Assembly (NCBI RefSeq): GCF_030144855.1 | Contig: NC_082731.1 | Coordinates: 23,374,001-23,438,000 of the forward strand | Direction of reading: 5' to 3' | Length of the DNA stretch: 64,000 bases | Source of the DNA: Hypanus sabinus | Lineage: Eukaryota | Shown: piece after piece, positions 13,720-26,689 of the stretch | Numbering within the stretch: position 1 is the first letter of the stretch | Layout of the letters: the number at the start of each line of letters is the position of its first letter | Notes under the pieces: model-generated | The model's database searches: none | What the model saw: only the letters and a program-made list of their open reading frames with translations | Told to the model about the DNA's origin: nothing | Translations under genes and position numbers: made by a program

Positions 13720-14460
13720 AAAGGTGAGGTAGTGTTCGCACGATCAATGTCAGTTTAGGAATCGAATGGCACAGGGGAAGAAGTTGATCTGAAGAGCTGA
13801 GTGCTTGCTAACTGGCTTCTTTGCCTCACACCTGATGGTAAAAATGAAAAAAGGCCTGCCCTGTGTGCTGGGGGCACTTAATAATAGACGTTGCTTTAAT
13901 GAGACACCTCTCCTTGCAGATGTCCTGGGTATCTTGTAGGCTAGTACACAAAAATGCTACCGACTAAACCTGTGACGTTCTGCAGATTCCTTCGGTGGTC
14001 TGCAGTAGCAGCTCCCTCCCAACCCAGTCAAACAAACCGGAGAGTGATGCTCCTGTCAGAACACATCCGATGGTAATCTCCTGAAGTTTTGAGTGCGTTT
14101 TGACATAAGTCTCTACAAACTGCGAAAGATGTTTAGTCGCTGTCTTGATTTCGTTTTAGCTGCATTGATCTGTTGGAACAACGATGAGTTCTCAGATTTA
14201 TTGACACCCAGGAACTTGAAACTGCTCACTCTCTCCATTTTTGATCTCTCTTGGCGGACGGTTAGGTCCTCCTTATCTTATTCTTCCTGAAGTACTCATG
14301 AGCTGTTGGACAGAAGAAACTGCAGACCAGTTGTCTTTGGTTCACCTTTTTGAGGACACTAAAACGATTCTGACTCTTGGACAATCTGATGGAAGCGTCC
14401 GAATGTGGACACAGGAAGCTTCAGGTAATGTTCGTCTAAACCTGAGACCATTATCGAACA
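13720..14460 (-). mobile_element. Rex1/Babar-like LINE 3' fragment
   Basis: Similar by eye to the copies at 35.7, 53.4 and 62.3 kb; degenerate RT C-terminal region. Confidence 0.55.
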
Positions 14461-14609
14461 AGTAAACATTTATTATGTAAAATCCGTGGATTCTGAAATG
14501 AACTTGACACTGGGACAATCAAATCACAGCATTGAACGAGAATATTCTCAGAGGATTAGCTACTGGCCACGTAAAATGCCAGACCTGCAATATGTAATCT
14601 CGTGAGATC

Positions 14610-15345
14610 CTGCAGGCGTAAGTGCTACACTTGTCCCTACACGTCCTCTCTTAAAACAGGGCCCCAAAGAGTCCTTCCTGGTGAGGCAGCACTAAAATTG
14701 TGAGTCTGATAGGGTCAGCTATTGCATCTGGCGCTCCCAGTGCGGCCTGCTATACATCGGAGAGACCTGACGCAGATTGGGGGACCTCTTCGTCGATCAC
14801 CTCCGCTCCGTCCGCCATAACCGACAGGATATCCCGGTTGCCACCCACCTGCCTCCTACTAGCATGATGAGGATAAACTCGGGTTGGAGTAGCAACACCT
14901 TATATACCGTCTGGGTAGTCTCCATCTACTTTGCATGAATATTGAATTCACCAGCTTCTGTTAACTCCCAAACCCTCCCTTCCCTTATCACAGTTTCACT
15001 CTGATTACCTGCTTTTCACCTCTCTTATGATTCCGCCTTCTTCTACTATCCATATTGTTTTCTTCTTCCATTCTTTCTTCAGCTTTCCTGTCTATCCCCT
15101 CTCCTGATTCCCCTCCCGCACCTTTTGATCTTTCCTGTTACTGGTTTTTCACCTGGCACCTACCAGCATTCTCCATCCCACCCTCTCACCAACTTCTTTA
15201 TTGGGCCCCTGCCGCTTCCATCTTCAGACCTGACGAAGGGTCTTGGTCTTAAACGTTGACAGCTCGTTTCCACGGATGCTGCCCGACCTGCTGCGTTTCT
15301 CCATTTTTTGTACGTGTTCGCTTATCCCCAGCATCTGCAGAGTAT
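14610..15345 (+). mobile_element. Penelope-like element 3' fragment (GIY-YIG endonuclease)
   Basis: Encodes a YCI..C..CGLLYIGET.RRLGD-like motif. Pyrimidine-rich tail and CCTGACGAAGGGTC...GATGCTGCCCGACCTGCTG end shared with other copies. Confidence 0.75.
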
Positions 15346-16984
15346 TTGGTGATTACGACTCGTTATACACTGTTTGGGTTGCACTATTTAACAGGTTTTG
15401 ACCATTCAAAGTTTAAAGGCACAAATATAAAAGTTGGGTTGGCAGAGCCATGAAACAATGTTGGTTGTAGCCAGGGACAATGACCAGTAAGAAGAAGACC
15501 CACGCACGTAAGGTACTTAGAGCCAATGTTATAAAGCTGCTATGGTTCAAATGATAAGACTCAGCCGCTCCAAATACGCATCGACGATAACTCTGTTGCA
15601 GCCAGATTCCAACCATCGAGTGTAAGGAGGACCCCGTGACTACGTGCATACGGGGACCACAATGGACACATGACCAGCGTAGACTCTTTGCTGGCGTGAT
15701 TCCCGTTATTTTATTTGACAATTCATGGAGTGTCAACGGTTGAGGTAGGGAGTACACAGGTAGATAACAATATCAACTCATATTTTTGTTTTATTTGCAG
15801 CAATAAAAGTTGCTTGTCTGTTAATGCAGATTATCTGTACCGAAATGATAATTATTACAACGTGTTATTAATATAGTCGAATTGGCTTCCCTGGATGCGT
15901 TCCAGGACGATGTGCGTAAGGTACAGAGAGATATCTAGTTGTGCAGTTAGGGCTTGCTAACCCAAACTGAAATGTTCATGAAATTATGCAAACCCAAATT
16001 ACCTGGATTGTTTTGTTTTGCGGGGCACCTCCAGAAATATCTGTTTGGGAAGTGGCCGCAACAGGAGGAGCTTGTCGATCACCCTGGCTGTGAAGTGAAA
16101 ACTGCTGGTGATGATCTGTAAATAGTCACGCAAGGGAAGCTGTTGAGCAGGAAGTTCAAACAATTACGTAAAAAGGAACAGTTGGCTGTTTCATTGTGAA
16201 TTTGATAGAACTACAACAAAATCCGAAGTCTGAACTGTACTGAATAGAATCGAAAGACGAATGTCGGCATGAAACAGCAGCCGAAAGAAATCGGTAAGAA
16301 AAGGAAATCTTAGACCATTGGCAAAACGCTGTGGCAGAGCAAGATAGGTCACAAAAAGTAATTCTGGACTATCAGCACAAAGCAGAAGCCGAGTGAGATA
16401 GGGTAGAAGGAGAACACAAAATTTCCAAAGGGGATTGGAATCCTTTCGAAAAGGTTCAGTTATTTAGAGGTTCTGAGAGGTATGGATTGATAAATATGAA
16501 TCACTTTCAGCTGACGTATGAGAAAATACTTAAAAATAATTAAATTAACAAGCAAAGGATGAAGTGGCAGGATTAATTGCAATAATTTAAAGACGGGTTT
16601 GAATGTAATTCGGTAATCTGCATAGGAAAGGAAAAGTAACACCGGCAATCATGCAAGTGTTTAAAGTATATTCAGAAGCTGTGGGACCAAATTGCTGTAC
16701 AGGGACGAATAATATGTGATATTCGATCTGACAAAAAGGAAGGAAAGTATATATGGAGAACTGGATTGTCATGATTTAACAGGTGAACGTATCGGTTATG
16801 GTTACGATAATTGCGAAGCACTATCCCACTCCCGCCCCCCGTTACACGGACATCTACAAAGGAAAGCCGCACCTATGATCTGCACGATTGGCACGATAAG
16901 TGAGCAGGCAGCACGGGGAGCAAATGAAAATCAGAATACAACATACAGCACACCGTTTGGAGATCAGAAGCTTGGATATGCATC

Positions 16985-18480
16985 ATCTTTGCATCATCTA
17001 TAGGGACATTTGAGTTTCCGGAGGATCGAAGGGATGCGGAAGTCCTTCCTTTATTCAAGTAAGTGAGTAGAGACAGCCTAGGAAATTATAGACTAGTGAG
17101 ACGTACCTCAGTGTTAGGTAAGTTGATGTAGAAGATCCTGAAGGGCATGATTCAAGGACATTTGGAGAGACACAATATCATTAGGAGTGGTCAGCTGGCT
17201 TTCTCAAGGGAAGGTCGTGACTTACTAGCCCGGTAGATTTTTTTTGAGGATATGACTAAACACATGGATGAAGGTGGAACAGTCGATGTAGTGTATATGG
17301 ATTTCAACAAGGCATTTGGTAAAGTACATGCTGCAAGGCTTACTGAGAAAGTAATAATGAATGGAATGCAAGCGGATATTGTTTTGTGGATGCAGAACTG
17401 GCTTGCCCACAGAAAGCAAAGAGCGTTTACAGACGGGCCATATTCTGCAGTGAGATCGGTCATCAGTGCAAAGCCTGAGGGATCTGTTCTGGGACCCTGA
17501 CTCATCATGATTTTTATAAATGCCCCGGATGAGGAAGTGGAGGGATGTTATAGTACGTTTACAGATGACACAAAATTTGGAGGTATTGTGGATAGTCTGG
17601 AGGGCTGTCAAAGCTCACAACGGGACAGTGATTGTATGAAAAATCGGCCTGAGAAGTGGTAGATGGTGTTCAACACAGATAAATGGGAATTGGTTTATAT
17701 TGTTAGATGAATTATTATACCAGAATATGCTATTATTAGTAAAACACTTGGCAGTGTGGAGGGTCAGATAGATCTTGTGGTCCGAGTCCATAGGACGCTC
17801 ATAGCAGCTGCGTAGTTAGACTCCGTGGTTAAGAAGACGAATGGTGTATTGACCTTCATCAGTCGTGGAATTGAACTTAGGAGCAGAGAGGTAATGTTGC
17901 AGCTAAATAGGAACCTGTTCTGACACCACTTGAAGGACTGTGCTCACTTCTGGTCGCTTCAGTACAGGAAAGATGTGGAGACCATAGAAAAGATGGAGAG
18001 CAGATTTACCATGGTGTTTCCTCTGTACGGGAGCATGCCTTATAAGAATAAAATGAGTTAACTCGGCCTTTTCTCCTTGGAGCAACAAATGATGAGAGGT
18101 GACTTGATAGAGTTGTATCAGTTGATGAGAGCCATTGATTGTGTGGATCGTCAAAGGCCTTTTCTAGGGCTGAAATAGTAGCCACAAGATGACAAAGGTT
18201 TAAGGAGCTGGGGGGAGTAGATACAGCGGAGATATCAGGAGTATGTTTTGTTTATACTCAGAGAGTGGTGAGATCGTGCAATGGGCTGCCAGCAACGGTG
18301 GTGGAGGCGTACACGATAGGGTCTTAACAGGCGTTTAGATATGTACATGAAGCATACTATTTATTAAAATAGAGGGATATAGGTAAGCCTAGTAATTTTC
18401 AAGGTAGGGACATGTTCGGCACAACGTTGTGGGTCGAAGGGCCTGCATTGCTTTGTGGGTTTTCTTTGTTTTTATGTTCC
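16985..18480 (+). mobile_element. CR1 LINE 3' portion (RT), decayed
   Basis: VDVVYMDFNKAFGKV...WMQNWLAHRKQR...GSVLGP motifs; typical CR1 3' end. Confidence 0.85.
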
Positions 18481-20028
18481 TATTACGAACTGAGGAAACA
18501 ATTACCTGAAAACTCTATGCTATCTTCTTATAACCTTCGCCTGCTTTGTTGGCATCATTTATTTTAATTTCCAGAAAGCTAGGGATTTGTGTAAAGGAGG
18601 CCATGTCTGCCGATTATAGCGACAAGTGTTGAGGAGTCACGGCACTTATATATATTTGAAATTTGTATCACCTGGCCTTTCCTAACAATGATTGCAAACA
18701 GGTGATAGCCGTAATAAGCTAATTAAAGTCTAAGACAGTGGTAAAAGTTACCTGAGAGCTCAAATCTCTTGAGTTGCCCAAACCCTTGGATGGTGCTCTT
18801 TTCCTTTGTTCACCCTAAAATTATAGAAAACGTAAATAATACCCATATATGGCGTAAAATGTGAAAAGAATGTTTCTTCTTAAACTGTATGATTTTTGGA
18901 GATCAGTACTTTTTTTTTAATCTCGACAGTCTCGGTTACATTCAGCAGACAGGCAGTAGTCTTATGCTTATTCAAATCTTCCCCATCGTAAGCTTGGTAA
19001 CTCCGAAATATAAGTCTAATTGAAAGAAAGTCACGGAAACGGTATAACGCCAGTAAACTTTCAAAATTACATTTCGTGAAGTACACTTTCATGATATGTT
19101 TGTGTGATGTTGTATGCAATACAGGTTGTTTGTGCGGGCAACCGTTAATAATCCATGTAAAAACAGTGAATGCTGAATAAAACAATATATATAACACACG
19201 AAATAAATACTAAAAAAATGTTAAATATCAGGCAGAATCTTTCATGAGAAATCCACAGAATTCAAAATCATCTCCACCATAGATTCCACTGGAGCGAAGA
19301 GTTGAACGTACATCCGAAAATCACCATAAGGTACGCCGAACCAATTGGCCACTTTGTGAAATAAACGTTTTGCAGAATATTCTTCCCCACTATGCCAAAT
19401 GCATATTTATCATTTGGGAATGAGTTAAACTATATTATAAGGTGTTACAGAATGTTACGATTTGATCAGTCACATCATGACGGAGTGATCTGCGTCAATA
19501 GCTTGACTGCAATCGTCATGTGAATGCAGGATCGGATATACTGGGAAATGGATTAAGATACTCAGCCTGTTAAGCACTGCTACACTTAGTAGAGTGTACT
19601 GATAAGCTGAGTGCGAAACTTCAGATAACCCCAATTAATCCTCGAGAAACTTTCTTTCTCTTGGATTATATCCCTAACTTCATGCGTTATCCATCCTGTG
19701 AGACTGTCACACCGTGAGTGAAAGCATATCATTTCACTTTTCGGGTGAAGTTTCCGCCACGCACTCATCAGTTGTAAATATTACGAATTCAGACTCAGTT
19801 CTAATATACATGATGCCGAGCATTTAGCATGTCATCAGAACAAACATCTGGACTCATATATGTATCTTCATTGCGAGAACTTCAAGCAGATCAGGACCTC
19901 GGGGTGTGTCTTTCTGTCTGAAGAGTTTAACTTGACTACGGAGAGTGTGCCCCCAAAATCCAGGGAAAATAATCACTAACGTAAATCCTTACAGTCACTG
20001 CTTTCTATTGCTTTTAAATATCGCCGTA

Positions 20029-20288
20029 NNNNNNNNNNNNNNNNNNNNNNNNNNNNNNNNNNNNNNNNNNNNNNNNNNNNNNNNNNNNNNNNNNNNNNNN
20101 NNNNNNNNNNNNNNNNNNNNNNNNNNNNNNNNNNNNNNNNNNNNNNNNNNNNNNNNNNNNNNNNNNNNNNNNNNNNNNNNNNNNNNNNNNNNNNNNNNNN
20201 NNNNNNNNNNNNNNNNNNNNNNNNNNNNNNNNNNNNNNNNNNNNNNNNNNNNNNNNNNNNNNNNNNNNNNNNNNNNNNNNNNNNNNNN
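20029..20288. other. Assembly gap (260 N)
   Basis: Run of N. Confidence 1.
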
Positions 20289-21085
20289 CGCCCGAGTAGG
20301 AACTCTTTTCGTTACAGCAGGAACTCTGAAAACAGTTACCAGTGTTCAGAACAAACTAAAAATACAGTGGAAAGTAATACACACAATATTCATTTACCGG
20401 TGTTAAATAAACTGCAACAATAATGGAGGAAAGTATAAAACAGGGATGTTATGTTTTGGTGTGTGTTCATCTGGCACAGAGAGATGAAATTTTCAACATG
20501 CTTATTGCAATTAGTAGGGAAGATTTTCATGCAAAGAATATTGTGACACGGATGCTGAATAAATCTGTTTAAAAGTGTCCTACTCTGCTAATTCAGTTAT
20601 TCATATAGGTGATGTGTCAGATTGCCTATAATGCATAACAACTATTTTAGTTACCTCTTCTCCAGCACTAACTGAAAAGAGACCGGGATTCCGCCAAAAA
20701 ACGATCCAGCTTCTTTTGATTTGTAATTTTGCATCATCTGCGCCGATGCTGCTTCCTCGAAAGAAAGCCAGTAAAAGGATTGCACTCGACGCAATCGACT
20801 TGTAAAAGCTCTCAAACATCGACTGCATATATTGAATGATCTCACCCTCCTTAGAAAATAGAGACTGCTCATTCCCTTCACTGAATGTCTGCATTTCCCA
20901 TGGAGCAGAAAAGTTGCTTTCGGAAAAAAAAGACATCTGCGTGTGACTAACGCCACGTTAAAATAGATGCTGGTCGACGGTAAGTTTCATCGCTCAAAGC
21001 ATATCAAAAGCGAAAGCAAGCTTCAGCTTACCTCACCTGCACTCAGAGTGAAAAATCTGATGTTAATGTAATTGGCCAAGTGACA

Positions 21086-21163
<78 letters not shown>
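21086..21163. repeat. (ATT)n microsatellite
   Basis: Read directly. Confidence 0.95.
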
Positions 21164-21164
<1 letters not shown>

Positions 21165-22204
21165 CAGAGACAGCGCGAAAAATGCTGGCTCCCCTTAGCT
21201 CCATCATGCATTTCTGCGTTTTAATTCTGTAAATGTACTTTTCTGCGTACCATCCATATCTTCGAGGCAATTTATTTATTTTTAAGCGGTAATCAGGGAA
21301 GAAGAAGTCAGGTGCCTTTTGAAATACACGACTCACTTCTGTAAGTGTCTACGTTCTGCAAGCAGTACATCTTTCTGTGCTAAAGCAAGATGAGGTTTTG
21401 CTGAGAGTTTAGGGAGATGCGTTCTGTAAAGAATCGTGCTAACATTGACAACCACAGAATAGTGGACGGCTCCTGTGAGTCCGTGAGGTATCGAGTCGCA
21501 TAGCATGGATACAAACCCTTCGCATCTGATATCACCTATTTTCCCGGAAGTCCCACACTCCTTCCCATGAAAAGACTGACTAGAAGTTGATAGTTGCTTT
21601 GTAAATTGCAAACTGTTTTCTACATTGAAGCAAGTGGTACAATCTTCGATACGTTACAGATATTGGGAACGTGTCAGAAAGTCTATGGGGAGAGTGCCGA
21701 TTAAGATTATATCGGACAGGGGGTGAGGCATGAGGTATGTTTAATTATTCTGTGATGTTTTGTCCTCGAAGCATCTCTATTAGATTTATATTGTCATCTC
21801 CTTTTGATTTGCAGTTGTATCTTCTGGAAAACAGATTAACTTCCGAAACGTCTGGAAATGTGGCGATACACACAGAGCAGATGTACTTCAGGGATGTATA
21901 CAGAACTTTTTCCGAATTTTGAATTATACTAACAAAACTTATGATGGTCAAGCCATCTTCACAAAACGAGGCAGTTCAAGAGATAACGGTCTAATTGGCC
22001 ATTCTGTTTAAAATAATGCAATATGGAAGCGATAGAATCAGAGTGGACATTGTTTATGGAGAAAATAGATTACATTATATAAAACTTCATCTTTGACAAT
22101 CGATTATGCACCTGTTTATGTACCGTATGTTGTCCTGAGCAAATGTTGCTTTAATTCCTAGTAAAATCTATTTAACTTTTAACTTCATAATGCATCGCTG
22201 AATA

Positions 22205-22473
22205 TTTACTCTAGCCCTTCTAAGTGCACAACCCCACAATCCACTGAGAACCCCGATTTATCCTGAACCTAGATATCATGGAATTTGTAATGATTAATCA
22301 CTCCATGCAGTATGTCTTTGGACTGTTGAAGGATACGAGAACACTTTGTGAAAACCCGGACCTTGCATGGGGATGACGCACAGTTTAGTTATAGATGAAA
22401 CATAATTGAAATCCGACTGTTTTTCCCCGAAATGCAATAAAGTCGAATTAACCGCTACGCTACTGTGCTGCCC
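22205..22473 (-). mobile_element. tRNA-derived SINE (truncated paralogue at ~27990-28257)
   Basis: Minus strand begins GGGCAGCACAGTAGCGTAGCGGTT (A-box-like). Confidence 0.55.
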
Positions 22474-23646
22474 AAAGTATTGTTACTCAGTATTATGTTA
22501 ATATATTCATATAAATAATTAATATAGTTTCATTTATTTAGAAATGAAGGGCAGTAGCCACGAATCAACCATATCAATAATAGAGGTAAATGATTTTTTT
22601 TCCTATGTACAGAGACTGGAATTCCAGTTCAAGTGAATGCATTTTTCGTGCTCTGCTACGGGATCGCAGTACGAACAAGTTTCTGCTCAGACTGAACTGA
22701 AGCTAAAGAGAGGAATGACTATACGTAGGTTATCTCTTATGAGTGGGAGGAATTAGGACGTCTCCTTGCAAAAATTAACGATCGGATGCTTCTTTCGCAG
22801 CGCCTAGCCTAGTTAACTTCATTACCTCCAATTATATCAATCTGTTTTGTTGATTTGCAAGTAATTGCCAAAAGAATGCAGTTTCGTTATAATAAGATTC
22901 ATGCTATCGTAAAAAACTGAACGCTGCGGATGACAGCTCAATGACCATCGCCTGCATGCTAATACTTTCAGGTGAAAACATTTTACATGCTAAGAAGATA
23001 TATTCAGCCTCTCTGAGCTTGCTTCGTGATAGGCCCGCTGGCGTGGATATCACAGAACCCTAATGATAGCTGTAGTTCCTAAAACCGTGTACTTCCCAAA
23101 CATCACAGCATGTATTTATTGATTGGAAATTGTAACATTAGAATTTTCTTTACTTTCCTGCTGCCGTTCACAAAGCACAGACGGGTATGAGATGTTCTTT
23201 CATGCACAATGGCTGGTAGATTGCATGCAACACATGGCTATACTGGAGAATGCATTGGGATCCGGGAACAATGATGATGGAATGGCGAAACACATTCGAT
23301 AGGCTGAATGGCCAAATCCTGTTCCTAAGCCTTATGGACATTTAATCTAAAATGCGAATTTGCTAAAGACAATGATGCCTTTATGCTCCAAAAATAAATT
23401 CAATAGAATTATGTGTATTCTATCAGGAGAAATCAGAGGAATCGGTGAATCCTGCAGCTTCCATGGAAAGATGTTTCGAACCAAGAAATGTTATCATGAC
23501 ATGGTAATTTCCTCAAGCATATTTGGGTGCTGATTCTGGTACTTTTATTTTCTCTGTTATTATTCTACTAAAATCAAACTGCACTGAGGTTTCTTGCCGC
23601 TGTCTTCGTGCTCTGCAGTGGCGTATTTATATGATACTACTGAATG

Positions 23647-23685
23647 AGATTTTGCATTGTTCTCTCTCTGCTTATTAGCACTGTG
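23647..23685 (-). other. Distal 23-RSS after the pseudo supporting V-delta
   Basis: CACAGTG-23 nt-GCAAAATCT (6/9 nonamer). Confidence 0.75.
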
Positions 23686-23707
23686 TACTTGCAACTAGAA
23701 CGACCAT

Positions 23708-23746
23708 AGTTACTGAACAGCACTCTCCATACGCGGTATCACAGTG
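23708..23746 (-). other. Proximal 23-RSS of the pseudo supporting V-delta
   Basis: CACTGTG-23 nt-TCAGTAACT (5/9 nonamer); same position as in the intact copy. Confidence 0.6.
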
Positions 23747-24030
23747 CTGAAAACCGACAAATCGCACAGTGGCGTCGTTCAGTTGCACTTTGGAAATCGT
23801 CAGTTGGCTGATTTTATTCTCAAGATCGATAAAACCTGTAAATTGCTCTCCGGCATTTTTTCCTTACGTTGTGCTCTAAATATTTGTCCCCGGATCAGGG
23901 ATATGGGGGTCTACCCTAGAATCTGCAGTTACCATTGTAATCTGTTGCGACAATACATGTCATATCCACAGTTTAAAGTGACGGTGTCGGCAAGTTTAGT
24001 TTGTAGTGCAGGACGCTCTTTTAGTAGATT
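23747..24030 (-). pseudogene. TRDV: Supporting TCR-delta V pseudogene
   Basis: TTCCTACAG acceptor, then ...LADTVTLNCGYDMYCRNRLQW*LQILG*...FTGFIDLENKISQLTISKVQLNDATV. Two in-frame stops, frameshifts, and a 10-bp deletion removing the YYC codons. Clear paralogue of 29913-30215. Confidence 0.9.
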
Positions 24031-25760
24031 CTGTAGGAATCTAAATGAGGATTATTGCTGACTTACTGATAACCCTCAGAAAATGCGTTCCAAATACGTT
24101 AAGTCGATTTTCTTTCACGGAACCTTGTTTCCTTTGAAATATGAGTAAACAATATTTATTGCCGTTGACAATAATTTTAAGGAATTACTGCAGTCAAATA
24201 AAATCAGGGTCACATGGTAAATTGCGGATATAATGCTTTGACTAAAACATGTTTCATATTTTGTGCATCGATGTGGAAGGAAGAACTGATTTCATGGAAA
24301 AATTGCAGAGAGCCTGCAAACTCACAATCAGTCGAACTTTGTTTTATTTCCTTAGTTTTGTGGTGCTTATTTTAAAAGTCATTTTAATTCGGAATAATGA
24401 TGGATTAGATGGTTTGTTCAAAGTGATAGATGCACTATCCAGAAGTCTTCTTTGGTTGTTTTCTTTGTTTTTTAGGCACTTTAGTTACAGCATCTTGGAT
24501 AGGAATATGCTTACCACGGTAATGAGACTGAAGGATTCAGACCTGCCACACAATTTTCTAAGCAGCTGAAGCCGAAGTTTTCTTCATCACGTGCCGAAAT
24601 AAATGTTTGGTTCCTTTCCCTTTAGTTAATTCTGCATCAGTGTGGTCTGAAATTCTGCCATCCGCTTAAGAGTAAATTGGGAAATTTAGCTAGTTTATAT
24701 ATTTCACGCATCTCGGTGGCTCATATGCATTTTATTTGCTTCTCGTTTATGCCTTAATCTGCTGAGAAGATTTCCCTCAGTCTACCATTAGTTGGTTGGT
24801 TTCATTTTGCGAACATTACACCGGAATTTTATCCTTACACAGAGTAGAAATTTCCTTCCGCTTCTCCCTCTGTTAATTGAATTTACCACCTTGCTTTCTA
24901 CGCAGTGGATGTACAATGCAGTCTACATAATCGCACCACACAAAGCAAACCATACAATTCCGGTTTCCCTCTTTCAGCAATAAATAGCCGTGCATTGATA
25001 CAGCTCACGAAAACCTACTGGAGGGGAAAACAAATATATCACTGACATTCTGCGAATTAACTTGCGTCCTTTCAATCTGCTGCCTTTCAGGCAGCTGCAC
25101 GTTATTTTCTATTTATCATATGTATTAGTTTTAGCCGGTTTGACTTTATTGGCTGCATGGACATGTGTTGTTCACCAGCAACACTAATGTGAGAGGTCCC
25201 AATGTGTTGAATATTTCTGCCGCAAAGGCTGATACAGAAATAAAAACACTCTCTAACACACTTTGTAGAAAAGAGGTTTGAAATCAGACCTATTTAAAAT
25301 GTACTCATTTTTCAGTATTTGATTATTTATTAAATGAAACTGAAATGGATTTGTGTTAGAAATCAGGCTTTGCCTTCATCTTGACGGCAGGCACACAAGA
25401 CTAATTGACATACTCTCCCTCAGCCCAGAAAGAGTGTGAAGACATATTCAGCCTTTGTATGCACCATTCCCGCATGACTAGTTTTCTTCCACTGGAAGTA
25501 TGGATGATGGTTAATCTGCCTCAAATAGGATCAATTTATGTGTGCTTCACAAAATGCGTAGAACAATCAAACCTACTTGCCTCTTCTGTCTACATTTGTT
25601 ATCAATCTTTTCGTTTGTGTCCAAGGTTTTGGAGAGGATAGAAGCCTGTTGAAATTAAAATAAATTTGATATCCACTGCAGCAAAGGTCAGCGCAAGAGA
25701 ATGCTGCTTTACAGTATGTTGTGTGGAAGACAGTTTTACTGAAATGCCAGGGATTATACT

Positions 25761-25912
25761 NNNNNNNNNNNNNNNNNNNNNNNNNNNNNNNNNNNNNNNN
25801 NNNNNNNNNNNNNNNNNNNNNNNNNNNNNNNNNNNNNNNNNNNNNNNNNNNNNNNNNNNNNNNNNNNNNNNNNNNNNNNNNNNNNNNNNNNNNNNNNNNN
25901 NNNNNNNNNNNN
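25761..25912. other. Assembly gap (152 N)
   Basis: Run of N at the position paralogous to the microsatellite at ~33720-33870. Confidence 1.
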
Positions 25913-26689
25913 AAAGCTACTGTAAAATAGGGACTCCGCAGCAACTGCTGCAAGTAGACGCAGGTAATTTTATAAAGAGAATTGCTGCCATATGGAGTTG
26001 GGATGAATCGAGGACAAAGGTGTGTACAGGATTTAACGAAGTGCTGGATGGATCATGACGTTAATTATATCGGTCTGCATCGCATCGTGTTCCGCAGGCA
26101 CCATGTTGTGCTGTACTGTACTACGTTCTCAGTCCTACGTGAAGAAATCACAGAGAATCTCCTCTCATACGTCTGGGTATTGCAAATGCAACAAGTTACA
26201 TCGAATGAGATAATGCTCGGCAGAGAGACTAGAAGAAAGCAAAACAATTATTTAATCCGATGATATTGGAAAAAAAAGAAGATCATGATGACAGGAAAAG
26301 TGAAAATGCAAAATGCCACATTCGAGTAGGAAGACCAATACTCTGGGTGTTTTTTTTTTACATAGTGCAGAAGTTTGTGTTGTCTAGAATTTTCGGATTA
26401 GATTGGTGTTTGTTGAGATCTTACCTAAAATATACTGCAGAGCGTTAATTTCCTTATACCTGAGCAGTTAGAGCTTTGTCCTTAATAATATTGAGTCTAA
26501 CGCCAGTAGCTGTACAGAAATATTAGCAAATAAATAACCAAATATATTCATAAATAACAAACATATAGGTAGTTAATTAATGTATTAATTAATGGATTAA
26601 CTAATAAATAATTTAAAATGAATAGATATATAAATAAATAACTGAATGAATGAATAAATAAATGAATAAATTCCCAGAGAAATAAATTT

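Noticed and set aside
15413-15757. 114-aa minus-strand ORF
   Set aside because: No Ig or other recognisable motif, no RSS and no splice frame; may be a decayed LINE.
20651-20956. Minus ORF ending SFFGGIPVSFQLVLEK plus GTAAC donor, loosely RRM-like
   Set aside because: Similarity is too weak, with no clear acceptor or partner exons; a protein search would be needed.
21333-21611. Minus ORF ending at a GTGAGT donor-like site
   Set aside because: No recognisable domain in any frame.
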